59,459 nucleotides of DNA from a virus. Lineage: Duplodnaviria; Caudoviricetes. Numbering within the stretch: the first letter of the stretch is position 1; each line of letters opens with the position of its first letter. The position numbers and the translations under genes were made by a program. The stretch lies in IMG/VR virus record IMGVR_UViG_3300036766_001430, positions 1 through 59,459 of that record. One strand, written 5' to 3'. This document shows positions 46,832-55,797 of this stretch, in pieces. The notes beneath the pieces were generated by a model. It was not told the DNA's origin and searched no databases. It worked only from the letters and a program-made list of their open reading frames with translations.

Positions 46832-48412
46832 TCAGTCGTCTACTTCGATGTACGTGCCCCACGTGATTCGGGACGAGTAGCCTTGCCCCTCTGCGCTGGG
46901 CTTGCGCTTGTAGGGTCCGACGAGCAGCCAGATGACCGCCATGCCGGGGGGACACGTGACCGGCGCATCGCCATCGCCGTCGGTGACGAAGATAACGACC
47001 TCTGGACGCTGCTCCCCCTTGAGCGCGTCGAGTGCTTTGAACGCGGGCACGAAGCTCGTCCCGCCACCGCCCTTGAGCAGCTTGACGAGGTCGCTCACGC
47101 TCGTGATCTTCTGGAGCGTGTGCACCGCGCAGTCGCACGTGCCGTAGAGCAAGGGTGCGTTGAGCGTCTTGATCACGGCAGCCGACTCGCGCAACGCAGC
47201 GGTCATCTCTGTCCTGCCCATCGACCCAGAGGTGTCGATCATGAGCGCGACGTTGGGGACCACCGCACGAGGTCGAGGCATCAACGCTCGACCCACGCCA
47301 TAGCCGATGCCGGCCTGACGCTTGGACGGTCCGTCGAAGCGGTACACGTTCGCTCCAGAGCGAACCCGCGCCGCTCGCTTGACCGCTTGCTGGAGCTTCT
47401 GCTGCCAGCGCACCTTCGCGATGCCCGTCACCGCGTCAGCGAGGAGCCGCAGACCCGCAGGCAGTCCGCCACGACCCGCAGCAGCGTGCTCCTGGATCGC
47501 CATCGCCATCTGCTTCGCGATGCGCTGCATCTCTGCCTCGCTGCGCTCGTCTTCCGGGTTGATGTTCGCCTCGTCATCGAGCGCGTTCCCCGCGCACGAC
47601 CCGCACTGCCCACGACCCACGCCGTGGGGGTCGCCCGGCTTCACCTCGCCGGGCTCCTCGTCCTCTGAGGAGGGGTCGCCCCCCTCGCCGGACCCAGAGC
47701 CCTCGCCGGACCCTTCCGAGGGCTCCTCAGCGTCTTCGGAGCCATCCCCGTCCTCGCCGGGCTCCTCGCCGGACCCTTCGGTGGGGTCGCCCCCATCCTC
47801 GTCCTCGCCGGGCTCGCCTTCCGAGCCCTCGCCGGGCTCCTCGTCCTGCGCGCCCTCGCCGGGCTCGCCTGCGGGCTCCTCGCCGGGCTCCTCGTCCTCG
47901 TCCTCGCCGGGCTCGCCTTGCGGCTGCTTCGCCTTCTTCGCAGCCTCCTGCTGCAAGTCCAGCTCGTGGTACTGCTCGGCGGTGAGACCTTCGGGGGTGC
48001 CGGGCCCAAGGTCGCTCGGCCAGCATCCGGTGTCCGGGCCATCGGGCAGTTTGAAGCCCATGTCGCGCACGATGGTGTTGATCGCGCGGTCAGCGTTGCG
48101 GTTCCACCGCGCGGGGTCGCGCGACCCTCGCCGGTCACCGTGGTGATCGAGGATGTGCAGCGCTTCGTGGACGAGGAGCCCGGCCGACTTCTCGATGCCC
48201 TGCTGAGCGACCCAGGCAGGGTCATAGATGAGCACGCCGCGGTAGGTAACGCCGATCGTGTTCAGACCGGGACGAGCGACGAAGGTGAGCTTCGTCAGAC
48301 CCGTCGCGAAGAACGGCGCCTTGGCACGCACCATGAGGCGCGCGGTGCCCAAGATCGCTTCGGCTTCCTCTTGCACATCGATCGTGGCAACGACTCGCGC
48401 CGCGCCCGACAT
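46832..48412 (-). CDS. DUF2201-type zincin metallopeptidase + acidic linker + VWA domain
   Basis: HEALH, WN..AD.AIN; EPGE repeats; IDTSGSM (MIDAS), GGGGTSF.P.F, TDG. Confidence 0.9.
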   Translation of the reverse strand: MSGAARVVATIDVQEEAEAILGTARLMVRAKAPFFATGLTKLTFVARPGLNTIGVTYRGVLIYDPAWVAQQGIEKSAGLLVHEALHILDHHGDRRGSRDPARWNRNADRAINTIVRDMGFKLPDGPDTGCWPSDLGPGTPEGLTAEQYHELDLQQEAAKKAKQPQGEPGEDEDEEPGEEPAGEPGEGAQDEEPGEGSEGEPGEDEDGGDPTEGSGEEPGEDGDGSEDAEEPSEGSGEGSGSGEGGDPSSEDEEPGEVKPGDPHGVGRGQCGSCAGNALDDEANINPEDERSEAEMQRIAKQMAMAIQEHAAAGRGGLPAGLRLLADAVTGIAKVRWQQKLQQAVKRAARVRSGANVYRFDGPSKRQAGIGYGVGRALMPRPRAVVPNVALMIDTSGSMGRTEMTAALRESAAVIKTLNAPLLYGTCDCAVHTLQKITSVSDLVKLLKGGGGTSFVPAFKALDALKGEQRPEVVIFVTDGDGDAPVTCPPGMAVIWLLVGPYKRKPSAEGQGYSSRITWGTYIEVDD

Positions 48413-49770
48413 CAGAGCACCCCCTTCGTGCCGGCCAGCTCCATCGGCATGCGGAGCGCGATCATGACTGGGCGCGCTTCCGGCGAGAACGCGAGCCCGG
48501 CCTTCGTGAGCGTCTGCGCGGCCGGCGCGATGATGTCGAAGTTCTTGGACGCACCAAGAGCCCTCCAGAGACGCGCTGAGCGCTCCTCTCGATTAGCTGC
48601 GGTGACCGGCTTCACGAGCGCGGCCCAGGCGTTGATGATAGCCGCGCAGCGATCTAGACGGCGCGCGTCCCAGGTGAACGGCACCTTGCCGTCGGCGACA
48701 TCGAGGATGGACGGCATGTCCGCCTGCTCGCAGAAGATCGCGAACGCCTCGTACGCCTTCTGTCCGACGAACGAAGACACGAACGTGTCGCGGTCCGTCG
48801 CGCTCAGGCCGTGGACGATGCTCGATGCGTAGGCACGCGTCGCCATCTCCCAGGTCCGGTCGCTCGCCCACGCCAGCTCCGTCGTGATCTCGCCCTCCTT
48901 CGGGCACATGTTCTTGAAGCCAGGCATCGCGCGGTGGAACGAGGTCTCCAGGCCGACCGCGGTGGCCCACGCGCCGTTCTTCCACGCCGCCATTACGCGG
49001 GCTTCCTCGGCGTCACCGTCGATCGTGTCGTCGGTGGTCGCTTCGTCGTCGATGCCGAGCATGTAGTCGCAGTGCTGCTCGTTGCTCATGTTCCCCCACT
49101 GGATGTGACCGAAGCGATTGGCGAGGGGCAACGAGAGGTCTTGCCCGCCGGCTGCCTGGTGCACGGGGTTCATCGCACCGAGGACGCGCACCCGGCCGTT
49201 GAGCATGAAGCCGGCGATCGTCCGCTCGGAGCAGAGCGTGAGCTGCGGTGCCTGGATGTGACCGGGTGCCGTGCTCATCTCATCGTTGAACACGATGCCC
49301 GGTCGGCCACCGTCGAACATACGCGTCCAGTCGGGGCGAGGATGCGCCAGCGTCATGTCGTCGTTCGCGAAGGCGCGAACCTGCTCGGCGAGGGCGACGC
49401 TGTACTCTGCGCCGTTCTGCACCGCGGTGATGACGCGGTCGATGCACGTCCCCACGTCGCCACCGCCACGCGGCACCGGCACGACGCCGAACTGCCCCTC
49501 ACCGTCACCAGGCACGAGCACCTTACACTGCCAGGGAGCGACGATGCCGTTGGAGAGCGAGGTGATGCCCGCGGCCTTCGACTTGAGCACCGCGGTCTTG
49601 CCGCCACCGGGGTCGCCGCAGAAGAGAATGTTCAGGCCCCAGCGGACCTCGTACGCAGCGAGCTGGTGGACTTTGCCCGAGGGCACGGTGAAGGCTCTAC
49701 GCTGCCGGCCCGCCGGCGTGAAGAGCATCGCGTGGATGATAGAGGCGTTCACGTGATTGAGATTGTTCAT
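48412..49770 (-). CDS. MoxR-like AAA+ ATPase
   Basis: GDPGGGKT, FNDEMST, GAMNP, LANRF.H, SDRTWE. Confidence 0.9.
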   Translation of the reverse strand: MNNLNHVNASIIHAMLFTPAGRQRRAFTVPSGKVHQLAAYEVRWGLNILFCGDPGGGKTAVLKSKAAGITSLSNGIVAPWQCKVLVPGDGEGQFGVVPVPRGGGDVGTCIDRVITAVQNGAEYSVALAEQVRAFANDDMTLAHPRPDWTRMFDGGRPGIVFNDEMSTAPGHIQAPQLTLCSERTIAGFMLNGRVRVLGAMNPVHQAAGGQDLSLPLANRFGHIQWGNMSNEQHCDYMLGIDDEATTDDTIDGDAEEARVMAAWKNGAWATAVGLETSFHRAMPGFKNMCPKEGEITTELAWASDRTWEMATRAYASSIVHGLSATDRDTFVSSFVGQKAYEAFAIFCEQADMPSILDVADGKVPFTWDARRLDRCAAIINAWAALVKPVTAANREERSARLWRALGASKNFDIIAPAAQTLTKAGLAFSPEARPVMIALRMPMELAGTKGVL

Positions 49771-49829
49771 GGTCGTAGCTCCGTGGTTCGTGTGGTTTGG
49801 TTTCAGCGAGTCGTGCGAGGCCGCACGCA

Positions 49830-49862
49830 GAGAGGAGCGAACCGCGGGGGCTCGCTCCTCTC
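49830..49862. promoter_or_regulatory. 11-bp-stem hairpin upstream of the AAA gene
   Basis: GAGAGGAGCGA...TCGCTCCTCTC. Confidence 0.6.
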
Positions 49863-49873
49863 AACGCGATGTC

Positions 49874-50173
49874 TCAGGTGAGGACGAAGACGGTGACGTA
49901 GCGGATGCCGTCGTCGGCACCGACCTTCGAGCGGAAGTGCTCCGTCGCGAGCTTCTTGGCCTCACCGTAGGTCGTGGAGCCGGGCGTCCAGAAGATGCTC
50001 TCGGCATCGCGCTGGCAGTTCATGTCGGGGTTGCGTCGCTTCGAGAAGGCCCAGGAGCCGCGACCCCGCGGCGCGTGGCCGTAGCTGATGACGTAGTCGG
50101 TCGTGCTGAAGTCGACGACGATGCGAGCCTTGCGCTGAGCGGCGTTGGTACGGGTGACGATCGAGCTGTTCAT
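49874..50173 (-). CDS. Hypothetical early protein (99 aa)
   Basis: Preceded by the conserved 25-bp leader. Confidence 0.65.
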   Translation of the reverse strand: MNSSIVTRTNAAQRKARIVVDFSTTDYVISYGHAPRGRGSWAFSKRRNPDMNCQRDAESIFWTPGSTTYGEAKKLATEHFRSKVGADDGIRYVTVFVLT

Positions 50174-50181
50174 GGTCGGTC

Positions 50182-50206
50182 TGCTTTCTGTTCTTGGTTA
50201 CGTGGA
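50182..50206. repeat. 25-bp leader repeat, copy 1 (copy 2 at 50946-50970)
   Basis: TGCTTTCTGTTCTTGGTTACGTGGA is identical at both sites, just 5' of two minus-strand ATGs. Confidence 0.9.
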
Positions 50207-50217
50207 GGGCGGCACGA

Positions 50218-50255
50218 GCAGAGGGACGAGGAGCCGAAGCCCCTCGTCCCTCTGC
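50218..50255. promoter_or_regulatory. 14-bp perfect-stem hairpin
   Basis: GCAGAGGGACGAGG...CCTCGTCCCTCTGC. Confidence 0.7.
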
Positions 50256-50268
50256 GGTCCTACTGCTC

Positions 50269-50940
50269 TCAGGCTTCGGCGGTGATCGGGTCCTTGGGCT
50301 CGCCGTCGAACGACGTCGTCAGGACGCGCCGTGCGACCACGAGCTTCGTCACGCCACCGTCCTCGGTGCCGGCCATGACGACGACGTTCGCTCCAGCGGC
50401 GCGAACGACGGTCAGCTCATCGGTGAGAGAGATGATGCCGGTGAAGTCCGCGGCGAACTTCGCGCGCAGCCACATCGTGGCGCCGGGCTCGATGCCCTTC
50501 TTCGGCGCCACGACCTTGTCGCCGTCCGTGCGCTGCCAGTCGGTCGCGCGCAACGCGGTGAGCGTGACGGCCACGCCATCGAGGTCGGCCAGGCTCGCCT
50601 TGATCGCGGACTGGGCCGTGTCGATGACCGTCCGCGCACCGACATTGCAGCGCAGCGCGGTCTTGGATAGGCGAGCGATCGTGTCGTGGAGGAGCTTCGA
50701 CGTGCGGCGCAGCGCGCGCACCTCGCGGTCAGCTAGGAGCTGAGCCTTGCGCGTCTTCGCCGGCTTTCCCGCGGTGCGCTCGCTGAGCGCGACGGTAGCC
50801 TTGGCCTTGTTCTCTTCAAAGGTCGGGTCCACCGAGGACGGCGTGAGGGCGACGTTCGGCAGCGTCGCGTCCTTCACCATCATCGAGCGGAGCAGAGCGG
50901 TCTTGGAGGAGGACGCGGCAGACTTGGTAGAGGTCTTCAT
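50269..50940 (-). CDS. Hypothetical early protein (223 aa)
   Basis: Preceded by the conserved 25-bp leader; basic N-terminus. Confidence 0.65.
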   Translation of the reverse strand: MKTSTKSAASSSKTALLRSMMVKDATLPNVALTPSSVDPTFEENKAKATVALSERTAGKPAKTRKAQLLADREVRALRRTSKLLHDTIARLSKTALRCNVGARTVIDTAQSAIKASLADLDGVAVTLTALRATDWQRTDGDKVVAPKKGIEPGATMWLRAKFAADFTGIISLTDELTVVRAAGANVVVMAGTEDGGVTKLVVARRVLTTSFDGEPKDPITAEA

Positions 50941-51026
50941 GATCTTGCTTTCTGTTCTTGGTTACGTGGATCGGTTCGAGGCGTTGCCGTCTCGCATCGA
51001 AGGTCGGGCAGTCCGTCCCTCGATGC

Positions 51027-51063
51027 GAGACGAGGAGTGAGCCAGCGGCGCACTCCTCGTCTC
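51027..51063. promoter_or_regulatory. 13-bp-stem hairpin
   Basis: GAGACGAGGAGTG...CACTCCTCGTCTC. Confidence 0.65.
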
Positions 51064-51442
51064 TCCTGTCGTCCGTCGTCGGCACGGCACCCGTCGGTGC
51101 TCGTCCTCGTCCGGTGCTGAGCGAGCGGCGCATCGAAGCGCAGCGCTCGTCATCGTGTCAGCGGTACCGGGTTCCCGCGCATCCTCCGCAGAGGCTTTCT
51201 TCCGGCAGCATCCTCGTCCTCGTCACCGTGCTTAGAATCCCCGTTGATGTCATCTCGTTGATACCGGCCTCTTGCCTCGCTGGGAGGCGTCCGTTTGGAC
51301 CGCCGAGTCTCTCGACTCGCTCGTGTCCTCTTCTGGAGGTGGTTACTGGGGACCGCCGATGCGATCGCGAGTAGCTGATTCAGTTTTCAAAGAGCGAGGG
51401 GACTAGATGAGAGCGGACACGGCTCGACTGGCCGCGCTGATC

Positions 51443-51517
51443 GAGGTCATCGCGCTCGCGCGCTCGCTCGATGTCCGACGATCGGTAAGGGAGGTCATCG
51501 CGCTCGCGCGCTCGCTC
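51443..51517. repeat. 27-bp direct repeat pair
   Basis: GAGGTCATCGCGCTCGCGCGCTCGCTC at 51443-51469 and 51491-51517. Confidence 0.9.
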
Positions 51518-51529
51518 CGTCCGTACGTC

Positions 51530-51790
51530 TCTCTCATCTCGTTACCCATCACTCCTCTAGTATCTCCTACGTATCGCGTTCGGTCGACTTTTCCTTTGGG
51601 CGGATAATCCATCGGAATTATAGGTGGTTTACGGTCACTGGCGTCGCGCTGCCGCAGGCTTCCCAGGGATTCACGGCGAAATAAAAAACCGTGGCTAAAT
51701 ACTCGGGATAATTAGGGTTTAGTACCCATCGAGCGCTTCAAGCTCTTTCCTTCACTTTTCCCTGCTTTTTGCTGCACGTGGCGTCGCGAC
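51530..51790. promoter_or_regulatory. AT-enriched divergent control region
   Basis: Transcription polarity switches here; local A/T tracts (ATAAAAAA, GATAATTAG, TTTTT). Confidence 0.5.
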
Positions 51791-51955
51791 CACGGCGTTT
51801 CCTTGCTCTTCCTGGAATCGACCGCGCACGAGCACTTTGGTCGTCCGGCGAGGTCGGCCGGGCTCCTCGTCCCTCGTCCTCGTCCTCGCCGGGCTCCTCG
51901 TCCTCGCTCGCGCGCTGGCATCGACGCGCGAGCGAGGACGCGCGATGCTGCGTCG

Positions 51956-52297
51956 ATGGGCGCGATGAGCAGACGGAAGGGAGCGTCGTGGGAGCGTGAC
52001 GTCGCAACGACGTTCCGCGAACGCGGGGCAGCGAGCGCGAAGCGCGGGCTGGGCCAGGCGCGATGCGCGCGCGAGTGCGCGGATGTCGAGGGTCTGCCGT
52101 GGTGGGTGGAGTGCAAGGTCGGCGCACGATTGAACGTCGTGGCCGCGTTGCGCCAGGCACGCGAGGCATCGGATGGCCGTGTGCCCATCGTGGTCGCGAA
52201 GCTCGATCGCTGCGAGCCGATCGTGACGCTGTCGCTAGCAGACTTCCTCGACCTCGTGCTGCCGCGTGCGCCCAAGACCCCTGGCGATGGTGCGTAA
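51956..52297 (+). CDS. Hjc-like PD-(D/E)xK Holliday junction resolvase
   Basis: SRRKGASWER.VA...ADV....WVECK...ALRQA...P.V. Confidence 0.8.
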   Translation: MGAMSRRKGASWERDVATTFRERGAASAKRGLGQARCARECADVEGLPWWVECKVGARLNVVAALRQAREASDGRVPIVVAKLDRCEPIVTLSLADFLDLVLPRAPKTPGDGA

Positions 52298-52613
52298 AAA
52301 CACAGCGACCTGGTAAGTCATCCGGTATGCCGCTCAAGCTACATAACGAAAGCGCGTGGAGGACGCGCGACATCCGTTCGATCTTGCTCGTCGGGATGCG
52401 GGCCCACGACATCAAGCACGTGAGCGCAGGGGTCATCGCTGACGGAGCGAAGTTCGCAACAATCGCGCCAATCTCGGCGTGGATGAGGATCGTGCTCCCT
52501 GCGCGTGTGGGCGACATCGGCATCGCGGGCGTGTGGCTCCCGCACGAGTGCGATGACGACCTCCAAGCGCGCGTCGCCAAGCGCTTCGCGGCGCAGGTCG
52601 ATAGCGGCTGATC

Positions 52614-53594
52614 ATGAAAGAGTTCAATTACAAGAAGGCGTGGCAGAAGGTGGCGCTCCCCGGATGGGAGTCGCTCCCGCGTGACGTGAGGCAGCTCGTC
52701 TACATGACGTGTTGCGCGCTCCCGTACGGACAGAGCGCAAGTCTCGACATGGAGTGGCCCGACAAGCGGGTCGACCGTGGCGAGTCGATCGAGCTGCCGA
52801 GCGAGTGCGCGGCGCAGGTCATCACCGGCACGAAGTGCTGCGAGGACATCGGACACCATATGTTCAGTCTCCAGCGCCGCTTCGAGAACATCGACACGAG
52901 CTGGCTCTCGCAAGCCGCGCGAGTCGTCTTCGACTACGGACACTGGGCGCCTGGTTGCCCCCAGCAGCCGACGTTCGATGACGCTCCGTTCGTGAAGGCG
53001 TACGCGGAGGCCAACGTGGTCCAGAAGACGGGCGGCCACTGGAAGTTCTCCAACCTCGCCGACCAGATCCTTACCGCGAAGATCGGCATGCCGCGCGTGC
53101 GATCGCCGAAGGGCAACGGCGTCTCGTTCGTGGTTCTCGAAGGCGCGCTCCGGTGCTGCTTCGCGTCCCGCGGCATGCGCGTGGTCATCGTCGCGTCGGA
53201 CAAGGACCTGATGCAGCTAGTGGACGGGCAGTGCGTGCTCTGGGACGGCAAGGACACGGTCACCGGCATCGAGGAAGTGGAGAAGCGCTTCGGCGTTCAC
53301 GTCTACCAGCTCCGCGACTATCTCGCGATCTGCGGCGACAGCTCCGACAACGTGCCCGGCCTCAAGGGCGCGGGGCCCAAGGCCGCGGTTGCGATCTTGA
53401 ACAAGTTCGGCACGCTCCAAGCCGCCCTCGACTCGGCGTGCACCGACCTATTGGAGCCCTTCTGGGCTCGACACACTAAGTACCGCTCGATGCTCCGTGC
53501 GCAACACGACGCCGTGCTGCTGAGCCAGCGACTTGTTACACTCGCGCACGATGCGCCCGTCGCATTGAACACTGAGGAGACGCAACGCCTATGA
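52614..53594 (+). CDS. Chimeric protein: unknown N-terminus + C-terminal half of a 5'-3' exonuclease (H3TH)
   Basis: IVASDKDLMQLV...EKRFGV...DYLAICGDSSDNVPGLKGAGPKAA..ILNKFGTL; the N-terminal DG/EADD motifs are absent. Confidence 0.75.
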   Translation: MKEFNYKKAWQKVALPGWESLPRDVRQLVYMTCCALPYGQSASLDMEWPDKRVDRGESIELPSECAAQVITGTKCCEDIGHHMFSLQRRFENIDTSWLSQAARVVFDYGHWAPGCPQQPTFDDAPFVKAYAEANVVQKTGGHWKFSNLADQILTAKIGMPRVRSPKGNGVSFVVLEGALRCCFASRGMRVVIVASDKDLMQLVDGQCVLWDGKDTVTGIEEVEKRFGVHVYQLRDYLAICGDSSDNVPGLKGAGPKAAVAILNKFGTLQAALDSACTDLLEPFWARHTKYRSMLRAQHDAVLLSQRLVTLAHDAPVALNTEETQRL

Positions 53595-54226
53595 GCGTAG
53601 GGAAGAACGAGCAGAAGTCGGCGGAGTACGTGCCTTACGGGCCGGTGCGCGTTAGCCGCAAGCTCGGCGAGCGTCGTGGTGGAACGGCGTCGGCATCTAC
53701 CTCCGCTGCCGTCGCAGAGAATGTGCCAGCGGCTCACGTCGATGACACGGAGCGAATGCGGCAGGCCCACGCTAAGCGAATGGAGGCGACGCTTGGATCG
53801 CCAGACCACTTCGTGGGCACACTACCTGCTTCAACGAGCGCGCAATCGTCGCCAGAGAGTGCGGATATAGGGCTCACTCCGGCCGGCCGCGAACCGGTCA
53901 TCATGGTTGACGTACTAGGGTTGTCGGACGAAGCGAAGCTAAGCGCCGACAATGTGCGCGGACTCATCGTGCAGGAGTGCCGCGCGACAGAAGCGCTGCT
54001 GCTCGCGAAGAACGCCGGCTACGGTAGCTCCGCGTTCGATCCTCTGCGCGTGTTCTCGAAAGTATCGGCCGTGACAGGGATTCTCGTACGCATTGACGAC
54101 AAGCTGTCGCGTATCGCGCGCGGCGATTTGACCGCCGTGGACGACGAGAAGCTACCGCAGACGGTGGACGACCTCATCGGCTACCTCACGCTACTCAAAG
54201 TCGCTTGGAGGCTCAAGCTCACATGA
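53591..54226 (+). CDS. DUF1599/Nmad1 (nucleotide-modification-associated, MazG-like) domain protein
   Basis: LLLAKNAGYGSS...ILVRIDDKLSRI...DDLIGYL.L. Confidence 0.8.
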   Translation: MSVGKNEQKSAEYVPYGPVRVSRKLGERRGGTASASTSAAVAENVPAAHVDDTERMRQAHAKRMEATLGSPDHFVGTLPASTSAQSSPESADIGLTPAGREPVIMVDVLGLSDEAKLSADNVRGLIVQECRATEALLLAKNAGYGSSAFDPLRVFSKVSAVTGILVRIDDKLSRIARGDLTAVDDEKLPQTVDDLIGYLTLLKVAWRLKLT

Positions 54227-54670
54227 ACTATCACGAATATCCTTGCGATGCTCGCATCTCGTTGTCATCTTTACACGATGGAGTACGTAGGACTCCACCC
54301 GATTTCGCAGGTAGCCGCGCGCACTGCAGCGAGGGAGGTGGCGACGTTCGATTGCCTGGAGTGCTCGTACGGTCTGTACGCTGCCACACCGTTCGGCGAC
54401 GCACGCCCAGCGTGCACGGTTTGTGGAGGACGGTGCCCCGACGCAATCTGGATCCTTATGTGCGAGTTGCTCGTCGCATAGGAGGTGCCTCGTGAAGGGT
54501 CCGTTCGAGATAGCGTTCACCGATCTACACGCAGCAGCCGAGGCGCGAGATCTCGCCAAGCAGGCTCGCGAGGACGAGCGGCGTGGGTTCATAGCGTTCG
54601 GGCTCATCTGGCTCGTGTCGTCGTTCGTGGCTTTCACCATTGGCGCACTCGTCGGGTACGGGTGCCGGTG

Positions 54671-55069
54671 ATGGGCGCGCAAGACGCCACGATGTGGAAG
54701 CAGGTTTTGTACAACGAGATCGGTGCACGCGTTCGCGCGCGGGAGGATGAAGACACTCGCGCGCGGACGTATCCCTTCGCATCAGAAGGGACTACAGAAA
54801 CAGTGCCCAGGCAGCGGCAAGGTCCCCGCGTGACCCCGCGCGCGCAACTAGCACGCGAGAAGCGTGCAGATGCTAAGCGCCATCGTGCGCGCGAACGCGC
54901 GCACATGCACTCGCTTCGATACGCAATTCGGCACGGGCTGTACGACATGGCATTCCGCGAGTTGATGTGGGCCTTTCAGCAGTCAACGATCGCTGACTTG
55001 AAAGAGCGAACGCAAGACGTCAACGACCTCGACAGGACCGCAAAGCGGTGCCACGGTGGCGCCTTATGA
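54671..55069 (+). CDS. Hypothetical protein
   Basis: Coupled to neighbouring genes. Confidence 0.45.
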   Translation: MGAQDATMWKQVLYNEIGARVRAREDEDTRARTYPFASEGTTETVPRQRQGPRVTPRAQLAREKRADAKRHRARERAHMHSLRYAIRHGLYDMAFRELMWAFQQSTIADLKERTQDVNDLDRTAKRCHGGAL

Positions 55070-55494
55070 ACCCATTTCTAATTGTGCTGTATCAGATGAT
55101 TATGCTCGCGCCGCTGCGCGGCGATGCGGACACGTTACTTCGATCGCAGCTTGCGAACGCAATCGTAGAAGGCACCGACGACGCCAGGGAGCAGACAATC
55201 CTCGCGCGGCTCGCGTACTTCGAGGGTAGCTATTCGCGACACGTCGCTAGTTGCGCGGTCAAGGGTGACAACGGGCGGTCCCTAGGGTTGTTCCAGGTGC
55301 AGCCTCGCTCGACAGAGGACAAGCGCGAGGCGTGCGGCACGCTCGCTGCGCAGGTGCGCGTCGCGCTCCGCTTCATTCGACGCAGTGTCGAGGTGTGCAG
55401 CGGCAACGTAGGTAGCGCCGTTCTCAATCTGTACGTGAGCGGAGATTGCACCCGCGGGCACGCGGCGTCGGCGCTGCGGTGGGGTGCACCGTGA
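55066..55494 (+). CDS. Lysozyme/lytic-transglycosylase-like protein with hydrophobic N-terminus
   Basis: LAYFEGSY...GDNGRSLGLFQVQ (E...GLFQ SLT-like motifs). Confidence 0.55.
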   Translation: MNPFLIVLYQMIMLAPLRGDADTLLRSQLANAIVEGTDDAREQTILARLAYFEGSYSRHVASCAVKGDNGRSLGLFQVQPRSTEDKREACGTLAAQVRVALRFIRRSVEVCSGNVGSAVLNLYVSGDCTRGHAASALRWGAP

Positions 55495-55797
55495 GCGGGT
55501 GCTGGGACGCTCTAGACTCGGCATCAGCGCCGCAGTTCTATTTCGTGATCGGTGCCATTCTCGTCACACTGGCGGCGACCGAGCACCTACGATTACGGTG
55601 GTGGTCGTGATTCTGTACGTCAACGATCGCGTAATATTCTTCGCGAAGTGGAGCACGTGGCGCGGCATGCGCGGACGTGTGACCAAGACGACGCCGGGGG
55701 TGTGGGTACTCGTCGACGGCGACACGCATCCTGTCGCCGTGAGCGGGAGCGAGATTGTGCGAGATGAGGTGAGCCAGATCAACATGACGGGCTGCGA

